Assembly: GCA_048938105.1 (NCBI GenBank)
Contig: JBHLMN010000020.1
Span: forward strand, 1-64,000
DNA: 64,000 nucleotides
Source: Promethearchaeota archaeon
GTDB taxonomy: Archaea > Asgardarchaeota > Heimdallarchaeia > Hodarchaeales > Hodarchaeaceae
Direction: 5' to 3'
Shown: piece by piece, positions 38,861 to 47,471 of the stretch
Layout: the number at the start of each line of letters is the position of its first letter
Position numbering within the stretch: the first letter of the stretch is position 1
Notes under the pieces: model-generated
What the model was told of the DNA's origin: nothing
Seen by the model: only the letters and a program-made list of their open reading frames with translations
The model's database searches: none
Program-made: the position numbers and the translations under genes

Positions 38861-39814
38861 TTATAGTGGAAATCTCTTCATTCGGCTGTCTACCATTTGG
38901 ATGCCATACTTAACCATTTTAGGAATCCTTCCCTCCAATCCAGTTTGAATATATATCAAACCAGCACGACAATAAAGAAATTTCATCCTGTTTTTAAAAT
39001 TCCGATCTTTAGCTCTGTTATAATTTACTAACAAATGATCCAAAAAGAATTCGCCTTCATCATAAAATATGAAGTCTCCTGCTGGATCATAAACCCCTGT
39101 TTCTTCAAAATCTATTATTCCTGTTACTTCAAACGTTTTAGGATTAACGAGAACATTCGATGTATCAAAATCTCCGTGGATAACTGTTGGTATGAAATCA
39201 AAGTTTTCTTTTTCACCTAAGAATTCGAGGAATATTTGGGATACCCAGTTTTTTTGTGTTGTATCTAGCAAGGGGTAAGCATCTTTTTGTACTTTTGTAA
39301 AATAATTTTGCCAATAACACTGATATTGAGAAGGACTATACTCCCGTTCCCTTTTCCAAGTTGTACAAATTTTCTGATAGACTTCTTCTGAATGAAGTTC
39401 TGAGAGAAATTTTCCAAGTTGCATTGCAATGCTCTCTTGATCGTTTCTAGTGGTTCTGTTAAAGCGTCTGGATAAAGATATTCCATCTATCTTTCTATAA
39501 CCGATGAAAGGATCATTTGGATCAGAAGATACGAATATAGGCTTAGGAATTTGTAGAGAAATATTCTCACTGATTAGATCTAAAATTTTTGATTCTCTCT
39601 CAATTAAATTAAGTCCTTTCTTACCACCAAAGAAAATCTTATCAGGAAATCGAAACATATACTCGCCTTTAACTTCGAACACATTATAACTTCCATGATA
39701 ATGAAATTTAACTTCATGGCGTCTAATATTCGGGAAACACGACCGTAAAATTCTCATTACTTCTGATAATGAAATATTTGGTGGATTAGTTTCTTCATAG
39801 AAATCCAAAATCAA
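38861..39814 (-). CDS. Aminoglycoside phosphotransferase/choline kinase-like family protein
   Basis: FRFP, E..IL..I, IP.P, L.ELH, HGDF...N.LV, GIIDF. Confidence 0.85.
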   Translation of the reverse strand: MILDFYEETNPPNISLSEVMRILRSCFPNIRRHEVKFHYHGSYNVFEVKGEYMFRFPDKIFFGGKKGLNLIERESKILDLISENISLQIPKPIFVSSDPNDPFIGYRKIDGISLSRRFNRTTRNDQESIAMQLGKFLSELHSEEVYQKICTTWKREREYSPSQYQCYWQNYFTKVQKDAYPLLDTTQKNWVSQIFLEFLGEKENFDFIPTVIHGDFDTSNVLVNPKTFEVTGIIDFEETGVYDPAGDFIFYDEGEFFLDHLLVNYNRAKDRNFKNRMKFLYCRAGLIYIQTGLEGRIPKMVKYGIQMVDSRMKRFPL

Positions 39815-39969
39815 AACCTTTGAGAATCATAGTAAAAGTCCGATTTATATTCATACTGGTGAGACAGATAAATGAGTTATGGAATTATATTTTTTTTCGT
39901 AACATTTATATAACATAAAATTCTATAAATTTTAGTTGTTAATTTTATTTCTATCTAGGAGAAATAATT

Positions 39970-42591
39970 ATGAAACGAGTTATACTTATTTTTCTAGGAC
40001 TATTATTGCTTTTTTTGAATGTTGGGAGTGTCAATCCATATTTAGGCGAAATTAACTTAATAAACCAAGTAGAATTCAATTTGATAGACTCATCATTGAC
40101 TCAAATAAATCAAGGTGTTTACCAATTCAGTGCAATTGTCCAAAACTCTGGTGATCCCGCAACAACAGGAGTAGTCCCGATTTCATGGGAAGAGTACATG
40201 TACACAATTCCACTTACTAAGGGTGTTGGAACATTAGATGAAAGTGTTGTGGATTATGATATTAATGGTGATGATGACAAAGATGATACATTTACTGTAG
40301 AGTGGAACGATACAATCCGGCCTTGGGATGCTGAAATTGATGGTGTTTACGTTTACGCCCTCGCTGATCACTCTGAAAACCCAGGATTCAATAGAACTTA
40401 TTTTATTGATGGAAAATCCAAACTCTTTCAAATAGGGAATGAGATGCACACTCTTTACTATGCAGACAATTATACTGCATCATTCGGATTTGGGGACGCA
40501 TTCATTCTAAACTATCCAAGTCCTAACTTTGAATTCGTGGTATACTCAGATGTCAGTTTTATAGATATCACAATAAACGGAGAAGCTGTTGAAGTCAATT
40601 ACACCCGTAGAGGAATAGAGGTCTTTGTAGACGGAACAGAATCCGCATATACAATTTGTGTTGTACCTAATCAAGCAGCAGCAATTGGAACAGATGAAGC
40701 GATTGAATTTTCTTGTACAATAATCGCTCGTGAAACAAAATCTTGTGAGGTTGCACTCTTAGCAAACTGGTCCCCAGATAGGAATATCAGATACCGTTGG
40801 GTTCCCTTTGATCAGATAGATGTATCTTTTGAAGCGATTAATCGGCCTTTCTTCATTGACACTTCAATCGATGTTATTGATGTCAATACAGGTGTGAAAC
40901 AATTAGAGGCCACTATCAAAAATATTGGTGCGCCTGCTACAACTGGAGACATACCAATAGCTTGGGAAAGACATATATATGAGGTAGCACTTGATGCTGG
41001 TACTGGTACTCTTCTAGAAGCCGAGGCTAGCTTTGACCTGAATGGTGATGGAGACTTATTAGATTCTTTTGATATAACGTTGTACCCCAATGATGGCTGT
41101 CAATATGATGCCCTAATCAACAACGGAACTCATGATATCCATGCCTACTCCACTCTCGAGGAGTGGCTCTATCGTTCATCCAACCGGTCTTATTATATTG
41201 ATGGAAAACCCAAACTCTTCCAGTTAGGCAGTCGAACTCATTCTCTTTATTACACGGAAAACGATGTTGCTTTATTAGGACTTGATGCAGTTATCTTAAA
41301 GCATCCTAGTCCGCACTTTGAAGTAATAATAGAACATGAGGGTGCATTCTCATCTATACGTGCAACAGACTTTGAAATTAACGATTTACCTGTAAAATCT
41401 AATCTCACACGAGCTATACAATACAAATCCCCTTATTCAGCAGAATTAATGTCAGATATGGCGTACATCGTCCCAAACAATGAATTTGAAGTTAATCAAG
41501 ATGAAGAAGTAACCTTTTCGTGTACATTCACAGCTCACGAAGCGAAGATATGTGATATTTATCTCGTTATGAATTGGTCTCCAGATAGTAACATAAGATA
41601 CCTTTATGTTCCATTCTTGGAAGAGGTCACATTTAATCTCCCAAATTTCATTCTAGACGATTCAACCCTCGCCTCGAGTGCACCTGGAGAATATCAACTT
41701 ACCGTGGCCGTTAAGAACAATGGTGCACCTGCTACAGCTGGTACAGTCCCAATTTCTTGGGAGAAGTTATATTACGATCTTCCTCTTCTTGATGGTGAGG
41801 GGATTCTTGAAGAAAGCATTATTGACCATGATTTGAATGGTGACGGTGATATGGATGATACATTTGATGTGAAGTGGTTTCATAATGAAACACGGCAATG
41901 GGATGCTATTATTGACAATATTCACGTATACTCCCTCTGGGAGGGTCCCCCTGAAGATCCAAGGAGCCTTGAAATCCATTACATTAACGGCATGTCGAAG
42001 CAATTTAAATTAGGTAGTGAAACCCATTTTCTCCTCAGGGCTAATAGTGAGTATGCACATTTTGGTTTCTCCAATATCGATATCATTGACCATCCTAGTC
42101 CAAATTTTGAATTATACTTCAACACAACAGAGCTAAGTGCCAACAATTTCAAAATTGATGGAGTTTCTGTTAATGAGGATTATAAATGGAGTGGACGTGA
42201 ATTCTATCCGTCGTGGAGTGGAGACAAGTTTTCCACTGTATATCTCATTCCAAGCGATTCCTTTGCCATTGACACGGGAGAATTAGTAAAATTCTCTTGT
42301 AGAATCAGTGTACATAAAGAAACTACCTGTGATTTAGTACTTCTAATGAACTGGTCACCTAATGATAACATAAGGTTACGTTGGTTCCCATATGTAGTTA
42401 CTGAAACATTTGAAGCCCCATCCATGACATCTTCTACTCCAACTACAACACCCACTACCCCTGAAACTACCCCCACAACCTCTAAAACGACTTCGGAATC
42501 AGCTCCCACTATTCCAGGGTTTTCATTCCTAACGACATTGTTGATAACACTGCCTATCTTAGTTTTCATACATCGAAAGAAAAAGACTTGA
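39970..42591 (+). CDS. Large surface protein with three ~260-aa repeats, each carrying a D-x-N-G-D Ca2+-binding-like loop; T/P linker and IPGF-TM-basic anchor
   Basis: Signal peptide. Three copies each of N.G.PAT.G.(V/I)PI.WE, D(I/L)NGD.D..D, PSP.FE and NWSP..NIR. The C-terminus is TIPGF, a TM helix and HRKKK. Confidence 0.82.
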   Translation: MKRVILIFLGLLLLFLNVGSVNPYLGEINLINQVEFNLIDSSLTQINQGVYQFSAIVQNSGDPATTGVVPISWEEYMYTIPLTKGVGTLDESVVDYDINGDDDKDDTFTVEWNDTIRPWDAEIDGVYVYALADHSENPGFNRTYFIDGKSKLFQIGNEMHTLYYADNYTASFGFGDAFILNYPSPNFEFVVYSDVSFIDITINGEAVEVNYTRRGIEVFVDGTESAYTICVVPNQAAAIGTDEAIEFSCTIIARETKSCEVALLANWSPDRNIRYRWVPFDQIDVSFEAINRPFFIDTSIDVIDVNTGVKQLEATIKNIGAPATTGDIPIAWERHIYEVALDAGTGTLLEAEASFDLNGDGDLLDSFDITLYPNDGCQYDALINNGTHDIHAYSTLEEWLYRSSNRSYYIDGKPKLFQLGSRTHSLYYTENDVALLGLDAVILKHPSPHFEVIIEHEGAFSSIRATDFEINDLPVKSNLTRAIQYKSPYSAELMSDMAYIVPNNEFEVNQDEEVTFSCTFTAHEAKICDIYLVMNWSPDSNIRYLYVPFLEEVTFNLPNFILDDSTLASSAPGEYQLTVAVKNNGAPATAGTVPISWEKLYYDLPLLDGEGILEESIIDHDLNGDGDMDDTFDVKWFHNETRQWDAIIDNIHVYSLWEGPPEDPRSLEIHYINGMSKQFKLGSETHFLLRANSEYAHFGFSNIDIIDHPSPNFELYFNTTELSANNFKIDGVSVNEDYKWSGREFYPSWSGDKFSTVYLIPSDSFAIDTGELVKFSCRISVHKETTCDLVLLMNWSPNDNIRLRWFPYVVTETFEAPSMTSSTPTTTPTTPETTPTTSKTTSESAPTIPGFSFLTTLLITLPILVFIHRKKKT

Positions 42592-42620
42592 TTTTTTCTT
42601 CCCCCTTTTTTCTTTTTTTT
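42592..42620 (+). terminator. Oligo-T/pyrimidine tract (archaeal terminator)
   Basis: A ~29-nt pure C/T tract with several T-runs immediately after the stop codon. Confidence 0.6.
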
Positions 42621-42705
42621 CATGAAAATAACAATTTAGTCATAAGGTTTATGTGGAATCTCTGAGAGAAAAATAATTGCCCTATAATATAGGGTTTGTA
42701 AGGAT

Positions 42706-43398
42706 TTAAGGAATATATGTGAGAATAGGTGAAATTGCTAAGTATAATCCAAATCCAATCATAAATACGCTACATCCAATCAAGATCCCAAGATAGATCC
42801 TTTTTGTTAAGAATTTATTGGTAAAACCGAGTAGTGTTGCTATTGAAACATATGTTAAGAAATCTCCAAGTTCGTGGCCTAAAAAGAAACCCCAAAATTC
42901 CAGATTCAAAAAACCAACAGAGAATTGCGTCATGAAATTCAGTCCAATGACCGCCCACCAGATCCACCAATAAGGATTAGACATGGAAACCAATACACCT
43001 CCAAGAGTAGGCTGCTGGATCAAGTCGACTTCCTCACTTGTGCCTTCTCTTTCCTCAATGTTTTCATTTTTGGGTGTTATGAAATTCAAATCAATTTTAT
43101 TTAGCCAGATCTCTCTTAATAGACTCACTCCAAAAAATATTAGAACTATCCCTCCTAATAATCCTATTATGATAATTATCGATTTATCTGTTATAAATGG
43201 GGATAGTCCTATAAGTAATATTAACATCAATACAAATTCTAAAATTGCATGTCCAATCCAAATAAGTATTCCAACTAAGTAAGCTCTTCTTTTCGATTGA
43301 AGTGCTTTGTAGACCGTATAAGTGAGAAGAGGACCTGGAGACAAAGATCCTGATAAAGCAATGATAAAAGAAAGGATAAAGATTTCAAAAATACCCAT
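42706..43398 (-). CDS. LysE family translocator
   Basis: SG.LSPGP, GHA..E, G..VS.SNPY...W and 6 TMs. Confidence 0.88.
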   Translation of the reverse strand: MGIFEIFILSFIIALSGSLSPGPLLTYTVYKALQSKRRAYLVGILIWIGHAILEFVLMLILLIGLSPFITDKSIIIIIGLLGGIVLIFFGVSLLREIWLNKIDLNFITPKNENIEEREGTSEEVDLIQQPTLGGVLVSMSNPYWWIWWAVIGLNFMTQFSVGFLNLEFWGFFLGHELGDFLTYVSIATLLGFTNKFLTKRIYLGILIGCSVFMIGFGLYLAISPILTYIP

Positions 43399-43539
43399 GT
43401 CTCTGTTTTCCTATTATTAAAATCCTGCGATTTTACTTTAGATGAAGTACTTTTGTTGAAGAGAGTATTTAATGGAGATTTCTCAGTAAAGGATATATTT
43501 TTTTATGTTGAAGGAATCTTTCGACTAAGCTGAAATAAA

Positions 43540-44664
43540 ATGGAAGAGAAAGAAGGTCACTTATCTTATCGACGAACTCCGATCGAAAAAGAATCACCTG
43601 AGGAGTTTGGGTATGAGAGAATCAATTACAATCTTGCAGAAAGCTCGGTTCCAGATTTTGTACTTGGGAACCTTGATCTCGACTTAACTAACCTTGCTCT
43701 TAGCTATACTGATCATCTGGGCAATCCTCAACTTAGACAATATATTGCAGAAGAAGAAGTTAACCCAAAGCACGTTCTAGTTACAACTGGAGCTGCAGGG
43801 GCATTATTTATTATTGCTACGTCTCTTCTAAAGCCAAGTGATCATGTTGTGATTTTACATCCAAATTATGTTGCGAATCTTGAATCACCACGTGCTATTG
43901 GTTGTCAGGTGGATTATCTACGATTGACAATGGAGGACCAATTTCAATTTGACCTCAATCAGCTCGAAATGTTTATTCGACCTAATACGCGTCTTATTAG
44001 CCTCACATACCCCCAAAATCCCACTGGAACCATGATTACTAAATCTGTATTGAATGAGATCATTTCAATGATAGAATCCAAAGGTATTTACTTATTGTTT
44101 GATGAAACATATAGGGAGATGACTTCTAAGCCTCTTCCAATAGCTGGTTCATTAAGTGAAAATGTAATTAGTGTTTCCTCTTTTTCCAAGGCATATGGAC
44201 TACCTGGTATCCGATTAGGTTGGTTGATTAACCAGAATAAAGAATTGATGGAGACTTTCTTGGCTGGTAAAGAATTAATTTTTATTTGCAATTCTATTGT
44301 CGATGAGGAAATCGGAGCTCAATTCCTTGCGAGAAAAGCAGAATTTTTACCACAGATTCAAGCACATGTAAATACTAACTTAGAGATATTGAATAATTGG
44401 ATAGAAAATAACGATTATTTGGAATGTGTAAAACCAATTGGTGGTGTCATTTGTTTTCCGAGAATAAAACAAGATATCAATATCGACATTGAAAAGTTCT
44501 ATGAGATTCTAAAACACACTTACAAAACTTTTGTAGCCCCAGGTTATTGGTTTGAGATGAGTCAACGGTTTATGCGTATTGGGTACGGTTATCCCAGCAA
44601 GAAAGAACTTCAAAAAGGTCTTCAATGCATTACAGAAGCTATCAGGGACTGTATAATATCCTAA
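43540..44664 (+). CDS. PLP-dependent aminotransferase class I/II
   Basis: PQNPTG, DE.Y, SSFSKAYGLPGIRLGW, RIGY. Confidence 0.9.
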   Translation: MEEKEGHLSYRRTPIEKESPEEFGYERINYNLAESSVPDFVLGNLDLDLTNLALSYTDHLGNPQLRQYIAEEEVNPKHVLVTTGAAGALFIIATSLLKPSDHVVILHPNYVANLESPRAIGCQVDYLRLTMEDQFQFDLNQLEMFIRPNTRLISLTYPQNPTGTMITKSVLNEIISMIESKGIYLLFDETYREMTSKPLPIAGSLSENVISVSSFSKAYGLPGIRLGWLINQNKELMETFLAGKELIFICNSIVDEEIGAQFLARKAEFLPQIQAHVNTNLEILNNWIENNDYLECVKPIGGVICFPRIKQDINIDIEKFYEILKHTYKTFVAPGYWFEMSQRFMRIGYGYPSKKELQKGLQCITEAIRDCIIS

Positions 44665-44753
44665 AGATTATTTATATCTTCTTTACAATATAGCATTATT
44701 TTTCGTTTAGATTATCAAATAATAGATATATCAAACATTTTTCTCTGTCAATC

Positions 44754-46529
44754 ATGAAATACAATCGCCCTCTATTACAGTTAATTAATTATTCACGTTC
44801 GCATCGATTGACTATAGTAATGGCTACATTATTTTCCATTTTAAATAAATGGTTTGATTTAGCTCCCCCATTCCTCATCGCTGCTGCTGTTGACATTGCT
44901 GTTAGAAGGGAGAATTCTATCTTTGGATACCTTGGGATTGTTGATGTTCCATCCCAGTTAGTTTTCTTAGGATTATTAACATTCGTCATCTGGGCATTGG
45001 AATCATTATTTGAATATATTTACAAAATTCTCTGGAGGAATTTAGCCCAGAGAATTGAACATGAATTACGCCTTGACGCGTATAGTCATCTTCAGCGCTT
45101 AGATATGGAATACTTTGAGGATCGTCAAACAGGAGGTTTAATGTCTATTCTAAATGATGATATCAATCAACTTGAACGCTTCCTTGATATTGGGGCAAAC
45201 GATCTCATCCAAGTCACTGTGACCGCTATTACTATTTTAACTGCATTCTTTCTTCTTTCACCTGAAGTTGCTTGGATGGCCGCAGTTCCAATGCCATTTA
45301 TACTTCTTTTTTCGATAAAATTTCAGAAACGTCTTGAATCTCGATATGCTGATGTTAGAGAGAAGGTAGGTGTATTAAACGGCCAGCTGTCTAATAATTT
45401 GACAGGAATAGCGACCATCAAGAGTTATACAACTGAAGATTATGAAGAAAGTAGAATATTAAAATCCTCAAGCGAGTATAAAGAGAGTAATCGTGAAGCG
45501 ATCAAATTTAGTTCTGCTTTTTCCCCACTAATTAGAATGATTATTGTGGTTGGATTCACAGCGATGCTAATATTCGCGGGAATCCAGACAATTAATGGCC
45601 AATTAGAGGTTGCAGCTTATAGTGCTATGATATTTCTGACCCAAAGGCTTTTATGGCCTTTAACAAGAGTGGGTGAGACACTTGATCAGTACCAGCGTGC
45701 TATGGCTTCAACAACGAGAATAATGACTTTATTAGATACCCAGAGCAAAATATCTAATGGAAAGTACAAACTCTCATTAGCATCTATTTCTGGGGGAATT
45801 TCATTCCAAAATGTCCATTTTGGATATAAAGGGCGTAATTCGACCTTTAATGATCTAACCGTTGATATAGAACCAGGACAAACTGTCGCATTTGTTGGTA
45901 GTACAGGTGTTGGAAAATCAACTATTGTCAAGCTACTACTGCGGTTTTATGACCCACAAAAAGGGAGAATTTTACTTGATGGTATTGATATTAAAGACTT
46001 TGATCTCCAAGAATTACGTAAATCAATGGGATTAGTTAATCAGGATACATTCATTATCGACGGCACCGTTCGAGAAAATATTGCATATGGTAAGCCAGAT
46101 ACGCCAATTAAGGAGATCATTGAAGCTGCAAAGGTAGCTGAAGTGCATAACTTTATTGCTAGTTTACCAAATGGTTATGATACCCTTGTTGGTGAACGAG
46201 GCCAGAAATTAAGTGGGGGCCAGAGACAACGAATTGCTATTGCACGTGCTGTGTTGAAAAATCCCCCGATACTTATCTTGGATGAAGCTACTTCTAGTGT
46301 GGACAATGAAACTGAGGCTGCCATCCAAAGATCACTTGAAAAAATCATTGTTGGACGAACTACTATAATTATCGCTCACAGGCTATCAACCGTTCGATGT
46401 GCTGACAAAATTTTCGTCATAGAGAATGGAGAAATCATTGAACAAGGTACACATAACGAATTAGTAGAAGATAATCGATTATATGCATCATTATGGAAAG
46501 TTCAAACTGGAGAACGAACCTTAGCTTAG
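44754..46529 (+). CDS. ABC exporter, fused permease and ATPase (MsbA-like)
   Basis: N-terminal TMD, GSTGVGKST, LSGGQRQR, ILDEATS.VD, IAHRLST. Confidence 0.93.
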   Translation: MKYNRPLLQLINYSRSHRLTIVMATLFSILNKWFDLAPPFLIAAAVDIAVRRENSIFGYLGIVDVPSQLVFLGLLTFVIWALESLFEYIYKILWRNLAQRIEHELRLDAYSHLQRLDMEYFEDRQTGGLMSILNDDINQLERFLDIGANDLIQVTVTAITILTAFFLLSPEVAWMAAVPMPFILLFSIKFQKRLESRYADVREKVGVLNGQLSNNLTGIATIKSYTTEDYEESRILKSSSEYKESNREAIKFSSAFSPLIRMIIVVGFTAMLIFAGIQTINGQLEVAAYSAMIFLTQRLLWPLTRVGETLDQYQRAMASTTRIMTLLDTQSKISNGKYKLSLASISGGISFQNVHFGYKGRNSTFNDLTVDIEPGQTVAFVGSTGVGKSTIVKLLLRFYDPQKGRILLDGIDIKDFDLQELRKSMGLVNQDTFIIDGTVRENIAYGKPDTPIKEIIEAAKVAEVHNFIASLPNGYDTLVGERGQKLSGGQRQRIAIARAVLKNPPILILDEATSSVDNETEAAIQRSLEKIIVGRTTIIIAHRLSTVRCADKIFVIENGEIIEQGTHNELVEDNRLYASLWKVQTGERTLA

Positions 46530-47329
46530 TTATTTGCCTTATTGACAACCATTTCTCGGTATTTAGTAAATAATCGTGTGACTGTTAAAACAAATAATGC
46601 AGAGAGAAGTAGTTCCAGTCCTGGCCAAAAAGTGGACTTAGGGATCGGAATGTCTGCTTCAATCGGGGAATAGTAAATTGGAAGAGAAATGTCAATATAT
46701 GGAGAATCATCATAACCATTACTTTCATAAAATCCCTGATAGTCCTTGGTTGTTACATTGATGTAAGCCAACCATTTAATCCATTTATAACCAAAAAAGC
46801 GTGGACAGACAAGACGAATAGGAAAACCATGTTTCTTTGGCAAAGGTTCTCCATTCATTTCATAAGCTAAGATAACATCACCCCAGAATGCTTCTTCTAG
46901 GGTTAAACTTGTGGAAAAAGCCCATGGATTTAAATCAGGTGTGTGAAACGAGATATCCACTGCTTTATCATAATTAATTTGTGATAGATTCAAAATATGA
47001 TATAATTGTATACCTGTCCAATTAGCTACCCCTGTTAATGATGTGTCTCCAAATTTGTAACCAATACATGTTAACCGCACAATTTCAGAAGTAGCTGGCA
47101 TTGCTCTAATATCTTTCAAAGTTAAGTTCAATGGATTAGCCACTTCTCCCATGACTACCAATCGATAAGTATCAGGGTCAATGTCAAAGAAATCGATCGC
47201 TTCCGTAAAGAACTCATCGTTTGAGGTAATTGGGATATCATCACTAGATGATACTTCAAGTAAAGCGTTACAAAATGCAAAACTGAGTAAGAAACTGAGT
47301 AGAATTGGATTGATTTTTTGCTTCGCCAT
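46526..47329 (-). CDS. Sulfite-oxidase-family molybdopterin-dependent oxidoreductase catalytic domain with signal peptide and WPGL-TM-basic tail
   Basis: Moco-ligating Cys in RLTCIG, W.G, LAY.MNGEPL...HG.P.RL..P...GYK..KW. Confidence 0.85.
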   Translation of the reverse strand: MAKQKINPILLSFLLSFAFCNALLEVSSSDDIPITSNDEFFTEAIDFFDIDPDTYRLVVMGEVANPLNLTLKDIRAMPATSEIVRLTCIGYKFGDTSLTGVANWTGIQLYHILNLSQINYDKAVDISFHTPDLNPWAFSTSLTLEEAFWGDVILAYEMNGEPLPKKHGFPIRLVCPRFFGYKWIKWLAYINVTTKDYQGFYESNGYDDSPYIDISLPIYYSPIEADIPIPKSTFWPGLELLLSALFVLTVTRLFTKYREMVVNKANN

Positions 47330-47377
47330 TTCTTCCTAGACAAAAGATAAATACAATTAAAAGTCTTTTGCCAAGGT

Positions 47378-47452
47378 ATTTTTCAAATCACAATTGTGAA
47401 CTGACATTTGTACAAAAATAATCAAAATATTTTTAATCCACAATTGTGAACT
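47378..47452. promoter_or_regulatory. Tandem palindromic operator-like sites CACAATTGTG(AACT), 50 bp apart
   Basis: cacaattgtgaact at 47389-47402 and 47439-47452, each preceded by tattttt, in a divergent intergenic region. Confidence 0.65.
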
Positions 47453-47471
47453 AATGTAAAGTTGGTTAAAC

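Noticed and set aside
38861-39814. APH gene as self-resistance for a butirosin-like cluster with the gamma-glutamyl genes
   Set aside because: It is convergently oriented, with no sugar/aminocyclitol biosynthesis or carrier-protein genes, and APH-like kinases are common standalone genes.
47378-47452. Mini-CRISPR array
   Set aside because: There are only two short copies with a 50-bp period and no cas genes; tandem operators explain it better.
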